Positions 1 through 6,927 of a stretch of DNA of 33,485 bases are shown in pieces (position 1 is the first letter of the stretch; each line of letters starts with the position of its first letter). Both the position numbers and the translations under genes were made by a program. The stretch comes from an archaeon BMS3Abin16 (lineage in GTDB: Archaea; Hydrothermarchaeota; Hydrothermarchaeia; Hydrothermarchaeales; SZUA-236). The notes beneath the pieces are model-generated. The model was not told the DNA's origin, did not search any database, and saw only the letters and a list, made by a program, of their open reading frames with translations. The stretch is from NCBI GenBank assembly GCA_002923215.1, contig BDTI01000175.1, forward strand, positions 1 through 33,485, in the 5' to 3' direction.

Positions 1-165
1 GTAATAGATGGAGAAAAAGTCCAACTAAAGGTAAGAAATCCGGCCAAACCAGAGGAATACTTTGCATCAATTTATGTGTGGCAAAAGGAGTTTGCCGAAG
101 AGCTGAGAAACAAATTCAACGAGATGTGGAAAGAAGCAAAAGAATTAAGAATTGACGTGAAATAG
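1..165 (+). CDS. 3' end of a gene entering from the left edge; resembles the C-terminal domain of TrmB-family regulators
   Basis: Frame 1 is open from base 1 to TAG at 163-165: VIDGEKVQLKVRNP...FAEELRNKFNEMWKEAKEL. The 'VID..' and 'F..MW..A' pattern is typical of TrmB C-terminal domains. Partial only. Confidence 0.55.
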   Translation, partial: VIDGEKVQLKVRNPAKPEEYFASIYVWQKEFAEELRNKFNEMWKEAKELRIDVK

Positions 166-276
166 ATATTTTAAAGGAAACGCAAAAATTTATATGATAT
201 TTACAGGCCTTGCGAAGTCGTCGAATGCGCGGGTAAGAGACGAAAACCCAAACCAGATACAAAGTGTTAATAAAAA

Positions 277-588
277 TTAAACTTCATTAAATTCATTGAT
301 CACAGACCGATATCCTTGCTTCGTGGTCGATTTAAGACCCGCCTTTACCAATTCCCCACCTATTCCCTTGTTTTGATGAATCAGCAGAACAGACGTAAGA
401 TAAAAAAGTATATGCCCAACCACTATACTATCAATTTCAGCAACCAACGAAAGATCAGGAATAAAGCCTGGTGTCTTTCTAAGCCGTTCAACCAATCGCC
501 CCTCATCCGGTTACCCAAAGGCCAGATCATTTATTTCCGTTTTCACGGAATAATCTTTACCTGTCTCAGGCCGAATCACAAGGTTCAT
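277..588 (-). pseudogene. Degraded GNAT (YhbS-like) N-acetyltransferase
   Basis: ATG at 588 gives MNLVIRPETGKDY...NDLAFG*PDEGRLVERLRK...LSLVAEID..VVGHILF..HQNKGIGGELV. In-frame TAA at 513-511. The segment normally between GHILF and the QxxGIG motif is largely missing, and the C-terminal YY.RFGF motif is absent. Confidence 0.8.
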
Positions 589-611
589 TCAAAAAATACA
601 TTAAAGTGGAA

Positions 612-1991
612 TTAGTTTATCCGCTGCGCAATTGTTGTTGCAAAGCCCACAACATCTTCTTCTTCAAGACCGCGGCCAACCTTTGAAACCATCAGGCTTA
701 CGAAGGCGTCTTTTTCATAGAAGAAAACACGATAAGACACTTTAAGCCCGAACTCGCTATCGGACTCAACCTTTTTGACCATAACACCAGCTTCACCCAC
801 ATCAAAGTCGATAAGTGAATAATTATTCTGTGAAAAAGTGGTTTCAAAACCTGCAAGACGATCGTCAAAATATGTTTTCGAAGTCTTGCTGGCATTGTAT
901 TTTGAAATAGAGCTGTCAATCTCCCACTCAACAAAGGTCTTGTTCGCAGCATTAGAAGCCTCCTTTGTAAAGAAGGCGCGGTTGTTTTCAAGCCAGCCCT
1001 GCGCCGCTAAAGTATCGGCAAACACCCTGTCGCCGCCTGCAAACTCAAGTGGATCTTTGAGCGTGCCGGAGAGAACGTTATTAACACTAAACCCTCCCCC
1101 AAGATCAGCTAGTGCAAGGTTCATCTCAGCGGCTGATGCGTTCGAAGCAGATATTGGAACAACAACTGCCGCGGGAGCCAAGGTTTCAACAGTCTCAACA
1201 CCTTCGATAACAATCCCAGTCGGCGGCGGCGCAACGTCTTTTTGACCACCAAAAAAATTAGTGGTATAACTATAATACCCGGCTCCAGCAGCCACCAGAA
1301 TAAAGCTCACCGCGCCGATTGCAAGCATCTTCTTCGCGCTTTTTTCATCGCTAGGCTTGATTGCGAAATATGCGATTAACCCGCCGATAAGGTTGAAAAT
1401 AACTGGCGCAAGATACCATAGCTTTGAAAATAAGGGTTCGTCAAGACGTCGCATAGGCTTGTAAAGATCGCCAGTTGGAGCGGGATCAGAGGTTCTTCGC
1501 AGAGACGGCTCAGGAATAGTATATGCAGGTACAAAGGGCTCAGGTTCAAACTGGGCAGGCATGGGACTCGGCACTGGCGGGGGAACGGCTTTGGGCGTAG
1601 ATGTTGGAGCAGGACTCAGAGGCCCCGAGGAAGCATTATAAAAACCGGCCCTAGCCTTTGCTACAATGCTTTTTTTAATATCCTGAAATTCTTCGAGTGT
1701 GATGTCACCGCGTTTAAAGGCTTTAATCGAGATTTCAAGCTCAGCTTTGAGCCGGCGCTTCACATCATCAGTAAGATCAACAGCACCCTCTTTTTTCACC
1801 GGCTCAGAAGGTGCCTGAGACTTAATACTTTTCTTCACAGAGGAAGGTTTCACAGTCTTTTTCCCAACACTCTTGGAACGGGTTTTAACAGGTTTCGCCT
1901 GTGCTTTCAACACAGCGATCTTCGCCCCGCACTGACTGCAGAAGGAATCACCCTTCTTAAGCTTACTACCACACTCATTACACTGCACCAT
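612..1991 (-). CDS. Zinc-ribbon / SHOCT-like / Pro-rich membrane protein with a C-terminal, probably extracellular, domain
   Basis: 459-aa ORF. N-terminal CNEC..CSQC, Lys-rich linker, 'KRGDITLEEFQDIKKSI' (SHOCT-like), Pro-rich stretch, two hydrophobic helices (LWYLAPVIFNLIGGLIAYF; MLAIGAVSFILVAAGAGYY), then a ~200-aa domain. Confidence 0.75.
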   Translation of the reverse strand: MVQCNECGSKLKKGDSFCSQCGAKIAVLKAQAKPVKTRSKSVGKKTVKPSSVKKSIKSQAPSEPVKKEGAVDLTDDVKRRLKAELEISIKAFKRGDITLEEFQDIKKSIVAKARAGFYNASSGPLSPAPTSTPKAVPPPVPSPMPAQFEPEPFVPAYTIPEPSLRRTSDPAPTGDLYKPMRRLDEPLFSKLWYLAPVIFNLIGGLIAYFAIKPSDEKSAKKMLAIGAVSFILVAAGAGYYSYTTNFFGGQKDVAPPPTGIVIEGVETVETLAPAAVVVPISASNASAAEMNLALADLGGGFSVNNVLSGTLKDPLEFAGGDRVFADTLAAQGWLENNRAFFTKEASNAANKTFVEWEIDSSISKYNASKTSKTYFDDRLAGFETTFSQNNYSLIDFDVGEAGVMVKKVESDSEFGLKVSYRVFFYEKDAFVSLMVSKVGRGLEEEDVVGFATTIAQRIN

Positions 1992-1997
1992 AGTTAT

Positions 1998-2717
1998 CTA
2001 TCCCTCTTTATATTTTGAAATCCGCCTGCACATAAGATAGGCCGCGGCAGCCGCGCCAAATCCATTATCAATATTTACAACTGTTATTCCTGGCGAACAT
2101 GACTGAAGCATTGACATAAGCGCTGAGGTTCCGCCGCCGCCGTAGCCGTAGCCAACCGATGTTGGCACGCCGATTACCGGAACGTCAACCATACTCTTAA
2201 CAACCGACGCAAGCGCTCCTTCCATCCCTGCAACAACGATTACCACATCCACATCCTCTTCAGACACCTTAACAGCCCAGGGTAGAACCCTGTGTATCCC
2301 GGCTATTCCAATGTCATAGGCAGCTATCGTCCTGCAGCCCAGCTCTTCAAGTATGATTCTTGCTTCTTCAGCTACAGGGATATCTGATGTGCCGGCGGCA
2401 AAGACTGCAACCGTTCCCAAAGCAGCTCTTTTAACATCAGTTGTTTTTAGTACGGCCAGCCCCGCTTTTCTGTTGATATCTTTTTTCACATCTATCGTTT
2501 CAAGCAGATCAAGCTGTTTTTCATCAGCCTTTGTTACGATTACATGCCCTGTTTTTTCAAGTAGATGCACTGCCAGTGTATGCACGTCTTTCACTGTTTT
2601 TCCGCGGGCGAGTATCACCTCTGGAATTCCTGTTGACTTTTCACGGTCAAAATCGAGGTTCGCAATGCCGCCTACTGAGAGGCAATCTCGCTTTAAATGA
2701 CTGGCATGGTCTTTCAT
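1998..2717 (-). CDS. larB: LarB-family (PurE-like) nickel-pincer cofactor biosynthesis protein
   Basis: Motifs TGIPEVI..GKT, AGTSDIPVAEEA, DIGIAGIHR, VAGMEGAL, PVIGVPTSVGYG, MLQSCSPGITVVNIDNGFGAA. Confidence 0.9.
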   Translation of the reverse strand: MKDHASHLKRDCLSVGGIANLDFDREKSTGIPEVILARGKTVKDVHTLAVHLLEKTGHVIVTKADEKQLDLLETIDVKKDINRKAGLAVLKTTDVKRAALGTVAVFAAGTSDIPVAEEARIILEELGCRTIAAYDIGIAGIHRVLPWAVKVSEEDVDVVIVVAGMEGALASVVKSMVDVPVIGVPTSVGYGYGGGGTSALMSMLQSCSPGITVVNIDNGFGAAAAAYLMCRRISKYKEG

Positions 2718-2739
2718 CTAAAAAAATAATGGGCCTTTG

Positions 2740-2751
2740 GGTTTATAAACC
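2740..2751 (-). promoter_or_regulatory. TATA box for larB (likely leaderless), inside the 12-bp palindrome GGTTTATAAACC
   Basis: TTTATAAA at 2742-2749 lies ~25 nt upstream of the larB ATG (2717). Confidence 0.55.
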
Positions 2752-3336
2752 TTAAAGGTTGTAGAGCGCTTCTTTCAATGTGTTTAAGACAAGTATTGAT
2801 CTGGTCTCGCTTATTCCTTCAATCTCTGATACGGTGTTGAGGGGCCCTTCTTTGAGTGATTGGAGGTCTCTGCTTCGAACTTTTACCAGCAGGTCATAGG
2901 GTTCGAGGACTTCGTGTATTTCAACTACTTCGGGCTGGTCCAGCAGTTTTCTGATGACCTCGTCTTTCATCCCTTTTGCGCAGGTTACGCCGATGTATGC
3001 GGCTGATCCCAGGCCGAGTTTATCTCCGTCGGCGAGGATTGTGAACCGTCTTATGACTCCTTCTTTCACAAGCCGTGTTATCCTTTTGTAGACTGTGCTT
3101 GTGCCGATTCCGAGCTCTGTGCCGATTGCCGATAGCGTGGTTCTGGAGTCCTTTACCAGCAGTTTGATTATATTTAGGTCTGTTTCGTCCACTTTTGATA
3201 GATCCACGCTGGGCCGGGTTTTTTCCTCTGCTTTTTCTTCGGGTTTTTTCTTTGGACTTGGCAGGAGCTTCTGAAATATTACGTCTTTGTATATTCTGCC
3301 AGATACTTTGGCTATTGAAAATTCTTTGTCCACCAT
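2752..3336 (-). CDS. Lrp/AsnC-family transcriptional regulator with a ~45-aa N-terminal extension
   Basis: HTH: VDETDLNIIKLLVKDSRTTLSAIGTELGIGTSTVYKRITRLVKEGVIRRFT. RAM domain: PEVVEIHEVLEPYDLLVKV. Confidence 0.9.
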   Translation of the reverse strand: MVDKEFSIAKVSGRIYKDVIFQKLLPSPKKKPEEKAEEKTRPSVDLSKVDETDLNIIKLLVKDSRTTLSAIGTELGIGTSTVYKRITRLVKEGVIRRFTILADGDKLGLGSAAYIGVTCAKGMKDEVIRKLLDQPEVVEIHEVLEPYDLLVKVRSRDLQSLKEGPLNTVSEIEGISETRSILVLNTLKEALYNL

Positions 3337-3494
3337 ACCTACTTGCTTTTTTGTTCACCTGTCAGTATAAAAAATTTGCCGTTAAATACCTGTTTTTTGG
3401 AAAAATTTTTCACCGTTTACCGCAATCATGGAAAAATCCTTTCGAAAAATAAGGCAGAATCAAACTTATTTTCAAAAAAAAAGCAACGGTTACG

Positions 3495-3502
3495 TTTATA
3501 TA
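3495..3502 (+). promoter_or_regulatory. TATA box upstream of the membrane-protein gene
   Basis: TTTATATA in an AT-rich divergent intergenic region; SD-like AGGAGGT at 3539-3545. Confidence 0.5.
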
Positions 3503-3551
3503 ATAGTAAACTCCAAAAAAATGAAGGAAAAGGGAAAAAGGAGGTCTATTC

Positions 3552-4133
3552 ATAGTCCAAACAATTGTAACAGTCGCCACCTTCGCACTCATCGGAGGCG
3601 GAATAAAATACATAGACGAAGCATTCGACGAAAAAATCTACAGCCAAAAAATAGCAACCGCTATAGCCGCGATACTGCTCGTGCTCTGGATAGGAATCTC
3701 AATACTAGACACAACAGCAGCAACAATACTGCTCTCAGTACTCCTCGGCGTGCTGTTCACAGGCAAAATAGACAACACAGTCTTCGGAGCAAGCACATCA
3801 GCAATCGTCGTGTCACTGGCATTCCTAGAAAAAGTGATATTCCTCCCACTCCTAGCCCTAACAATCACAGGCATAATCGACGAAAAAGGAAACGACTACG
3901 TCGACAGCCACAAAACAAACAAGGTCATAGCATTCTTTTTCCTACATAGATTCACCATGAAAATAGGCCTCCTCACACTCAGCCTGGCCGGAATCTTTGC
4001 TATACAGTACATGCTCGCATTTCTGCTCTTCGACATATCCTATGACACAGTAGGATTTTTCAGCGGTGAATCGAAAAAGAAACTGGAACTCAGAAACATC
4101 AATTCTGAAACACCACACCCCCAGACAGCGTAA
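3552..4133 (+). CDS. Multi-pass membrane protein of unknown function with acidic loop motifs; start uncertain (possible ATA at 3552)
   Basis: The frame of the listed 3681 ORF stays open upstream to TGA at 3522, adding IVQTIVTVATFALIGGGIKYIDEAFDEKIYSQK. About 6 hydrophobic segments; motifs KYIDEAFDE, GKIDN, IIDEKGNDYVD. Confidence 0.7.
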   Translation: MVQTIVTVATFALIGGGIKYIDEAFDEKIYSQKIATAIAAILLVLWIGISILDTTAATILLSVLLGVLFTGKIDNTVFGASTSAIVVSLAFLEKVIFLPLLALTITGIIDEKGNDYVDSHKTNKVIAFFFLHRFTMKIGLLTLSLAGIFAIQYMLAFLLFDISYDTVGFFSGESKKKLELRNINSETPHPQTA

Positions 4134-4199
4134 AAACTCCCCCTCTTCAAGCAGCCAGGGCAGTCAGATTTAATAGCTTGAACAATAAACCAGGGATTC

Positions 4200-4919
4200 A
4201 TGACATCAAATGGAATAATACTTCTAAGCAGCGGGCTTGACAGCGCAACGGCAATGTGGAAGGTTAAAGACAACTATAAAGACATATACACACTTACATT
4301 CGCCTACGGTTCCCGCGACGAAGACGTGGCTCTTTCCTGCGCTGAAAAACTCTCAACCCTTGCAGGCGCAAAGCATCATGTAATCAGTCTACCATGGCTG
4401 CAGGATTTTTCAAGTCGCAGCGGATCAACCCTGATTTCAACAAGCGGGGATCTTCCAACACCCACAGAGGATGAACTTGACAAGGCCAGCGCAGCATCTG
4501 AATCTGCAAAATCAGTGTGGATTCCAGCGCGTAACCTCGTCTTTCTATCAGTCGCTGCATCCTTTGCAGAATCAATCGGCGGAGGAGAGATAATCACAGG
4601 CTTTAACCGGGAGGAGGCAGCCACCTTCCCAGATAATACAGCCTCCTTTGTCTCAGCAATGAACAGTGTCCTGGAGTATGCTGTGCTCGAAAAAAATGTC
4701 AGCGTTGTAGCGCCGCTCAGGAGAATGGATAAATCTGAGATTGCCGGGCTTGCCGTTGATCTAGGGGCGCCAGTGGAATATATGTCGTCCTGCTACATGC
4801 CGCAGGGCCTTGACAGAGAGAGGAGGCCGGTTCACTGCGGACGGTGTGAGTCATGCAGGCGGCGGATGCGCGCCTTCAAAGCCGCCGGTGTTTCTGACAA
4901 AACCATCTACGAGCCTTGA
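4200..4919 (+). CDS. queC: 7-cyano-7-deazaguanine synthase (archaeosine pathway)
   Basis: PP-loop SSGLDS, WIPARNLVFLS, FPDN, Zn motif SCY...HCGRCESC. Confidence 0.93.
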   Translation: MTSNGIILLSSGLDSATAMWKVKDNYKDIYTLTFAYGSRDEDVALSCAEKLSTLAGAKHHVISLPWLQDFSSRSGSTLISTSGDLPTPTEDELDKASAASESAKSVWIPARNLVFLSVAASFAESIGGGEIITGFNREEAATFPDNTASFVSAMNSVLEYAVLEKNVSVVAPLRRMDKSEIAGLAVDLGAPVEYMSSCYMPQGLDRERRPVHCGRCESCRRRMRAFKAAGVSDKTIYEP

Positions 4920-5170
4920 CTGCGTCTAACAATCTCAGCGCAGAAATCAGCCTTGTCTGTAACATCCAGGTTTTCAGCCAGATATTTGCACACAGTATTA
5001 TAGGTCTCGTTTATGTTCTCATAGTATTGCCTGTAGAGCACGTCATATGACATCTTTCGATAGGATACCGCAAATATCAGGGCTGCAAGCATCGCCGCGC
5101 CAACCAGGAGCAGATACTCGATTGATGCCTGAGCCTGTTCTTCAACTATAAATCCACGTAGCTTTTTCAT
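4907..5170 (-). CDS. Small class III signal peptide (archaeal pilin-like) protein
   Basis: MKKLRGFIVEEQAQ-ASIEYLLLVGAAMLAALIFAV matches the (G/A)Q-xSxEYLLL pattern. Two Cys near the C-terminus. Alternative start ATG 5179. Confidence 0.75.
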   Translation of the reverse strand: MKKLRGFIVEEQAQASIEYLLLVGAAMLAALIFAVSYRKMSYDVLYRQYYENINETYNTVCKYLAENLDVTDKADFCAEIVRRSQGS

Positions 5171-5180
5171 ACTTATCATC

Positions 5181-6143
5181 TTAAAGCAGCCTCCAAGCCT
5201 CTTCGGCCAGGTCATTATAATTGTTTGCAATGCCTGCAAGATCAACTGCGTCTTCCACTGCCTTAACGGCAAGTTCAGGGTCGCCGTAGAGTGACTGTTC
5301 ACTGCTTTCAATCATCTTCCTGCTTACTTCTTCCCAGACTGCGAAGAATCTGCCTTTGTTTTGAAAGTAAATATTCATCTTGCCGGATCTGCTCGAAGCC
5401 GCAAGATCCGCTGTCTCCTTGGCTTGATTAAAAAAGGCGGCGGCCGTTGCATACTCTTTGACCGCGCCCAGGTACTCGCCCTGCGTGTAATAGTTGTTGC
5501 CGGCGATATAGTGGTTGCGGGCGATTACATAGCTTCTGATTATCTCACGGTCATATGGTGTTTTCCTCCAAAAAGCACCCAGATAGATGGAGAAGATAAG
5601 GAGAAAAACGATTAGAACTACTGCAACCATTCTGAAGTCTATTACAAGTTCTTTTTTGCGTTTCTCCCGCTTTTTAGGTTTAAACCGGTCAAGCTCCGCC
5701 TCATGTTCTAAGGCAGATGGAACGATGTCAACTCCGTTTTCCTCCGCAAGCTGAATATATATTCCAAGTTCGGAGAGCCGCCGGTTCTCAGCGATTACCC
5801 TGTGCTTTGCAGAGAGATACTCAATCTGGGCGGAGAGGATTTTTTCGATCCGCCGGTATTTGGCAAGCTCAATATAGTTATCTGGCAGGTTGTTAATGTT
5901 TCTCTCAAGCTCGGCGAGAAGCGCTTTTTTCTTGCTCAGCACGAAATCGATCTGTGCGAGCACATCAGGCGACTCGAGAGAGTTTCCGCCTGCAAGCAAA
6001 TATTTCGCCTCTGTTTTAAGGAGCGCAAGTTTTGCCGCGAGAAAATCAGCTTCATTCTCATCGCCCTTCGCCCTGGACACCTTTAAATGTTCTTCTGTCA
6101 GCCCGATCTTTTGAATAAGAATGTCAACTTCATCCTCTGGCAT
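5181..6143 (-). CDS. Single-pass membrane protein: helical N-terminal domain, basic patch + TM, TPR-like C-terminal domain
   Basis: KPKKREKRKK precedes TM MVAVVLIVFLLIFSIYLGAFW. ARNHYIAGNNYYTQGEYLGAVKEYATAAAFF resembles a TPR helix pair. SD GGAGGT upstream; overlaps the sortase stop. Confidence 0.7.
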   Translation of the reverse strand: MPEDEVDILIQKIGLTEEHLKVSRAKGDENEADFLAAKLALLKTEAKYLLAGGNSLESPDVLAQIDFVLSKKKALLAELERNINNLPDNYIELAKYRRIEKILSAQIEYLSAKHRVIAENRRLSELGIYIQLAEENGVDIVPSALEHEAELDRFKPKKREKRKKELVIDFRMVAVVLIVFLLIFSIYLGAFWRKTPYDREIIRSYVIARNHYIAGNNYYTQGEYLGAVKEYATAAAFFNQAKETADLAASSRSGKMNIYFQNKGRFFAVWEEVSRKMIESSEQSLYGDPELAVKAVEDAVDLAGIANNYNDLAEEAWRLL

Positions 6144-6669
6144 AGATTACCTCCCTGATCGCGAATTTATGCTCTCTGCTTTTCAGCCCCCGACGCCATA
6201 AAATTAGGGCGGCTATTGGCAGAATCGGGTAAAAGATCCGGTCAACAGTTGAAAGAAGTGAGGGCTCAGCCGATGCTATTAGAAGCTCGATTATTATTCG
6301 GACCTGATTCACAGCCAAGAGTAGGAGTGACGACCAAAAAACCCATTTTAACCGGTCCCCGATCGGGAGGCGTGGCGTGAAAGATACGAGGATTACAAAT
6401 GCCCCGATCGTGAGCAGACCGAAACAGTAGGGCGAGTATTCAACGATTGCGCCTGACGAAAGTCTGAGCAGGTTTGACTGTGACCACGCCTCTATTCCAA
6501 TGGCTGCGAGCAATTGCTCGTGAATGGCTGCGTTCACTGTGCCGAGAAGTGTCAGCGTTTTTGAAACAATGCGGATGCTAAGCAGCATTGGCGGGACATA
6601 GTAAAAGGTTAGAAATGAAGCTGCGAACACAGCGATCAGCGTCTGAGCCGATGGGTAGTCTTCTTTCAT
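6130..6669 (-). CDS. Archaeosortase/exosortase-family membrane protein
   Basis: LLAAIGI...IVEYSPYCFGL (catalytic Cys context), LLLLAVNQVRI (NxxR Arg motif), 4-5 TM segments. ATG 6669 overlaps the upstream stop (ATGA). Confidence 0.8.
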   Translation of the reverse strand: MKEDYPSAQTLIAVFAASFLTFYYVPPMLLSIRIVSKTLTLLGTVNAAIHEQLLAAIGIEAWSQSNLLRLSSGAIVEYSPYCFGLLTIGAFVILVSFTPRLPIGDRLKWVFWSSLLLLAVNQVRIIIELLIASAEPSLLSTVDRIFYPILPIAALILWRRGLKSREHKFAIREVIYARG

Positions 6670-6878
6670 CCCGCGCGGCGCCCCTGCTTCCATAGTGTGT
6701 ACACCCCATATCCGACGATAGCAGTCACTGTTAACAGATTCCCCTCCGGTATGGCAACGGCCGGCGGGACTGGAAGCGTTGTTGTAGTCTGTGAAAAAAC
6801 AGCCTGAGTATTAAGCAGTACTATGAAAAAGGCCCAAAAGATAGATTTAAGATAAACAGTTCTAAGAGTTCTGTTCAT
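6666..6878 (-). CDS. Micro-protein: signal peptide + short Thr/Pro segment + CTERM-type sorting signal (putative sortase substrate)
   Basis: MNRTLRTVYLKSIFWAFFIVLLNTQAVFS-QTTTTLPVPPAVA-IPEG-NLLTVTAIVGYGVYTLW-KQGRRAG. The tail is tripartite: motif, TM, basic cluster. Alternative TTG start at 6887. Confidence 0.75.
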   Translation of the reverse strand: MNRTLRTVYLKSIFWAFFIVLLNTQAVFSQTTTTLPVPPAVAIPEGNLLTVTAIVGYGVYTLWKQGRRAG

Positions 6879-6909
6879 ATCCAACACAAATAAGAATCAT
6901 TCAACGAGG

Positions 6910-6927
6910 TATATAAAGTTATTTTTC
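6910..6927 (-). promoter_or_regulatory. BRE/TATA promoter of the sortase operon, overlapping the alaS stop
   Basis: Minus strand reads GAAAAATAAC-TTTATATA (TATA 6917-6910), ~23 nt above TTG 6887 and ~32 nt above ATG 6878. Confidence 0.6.

Noticed and set aside
181..236. BRE/TATA-like CGCAAAAATTTATATG followed by ATG CGC GGG TAA
   Set aside because: Only a 3-codon ORF and no recognisable RNA structure; probably a relic, cannot be supported.
3428..3949. 173-aa Arg/Asn-rich ORF
   Set aside because: Alternative frame of the membrane-protein gene, produced by A/C-rich codon usage.
1998..4919. larB plus a PP-loop ATPase as a lar cofactor cluster
   Set aside because: The PP-loop protein has QueC-specific motifs rather than LarE; stand-alone larB is common.
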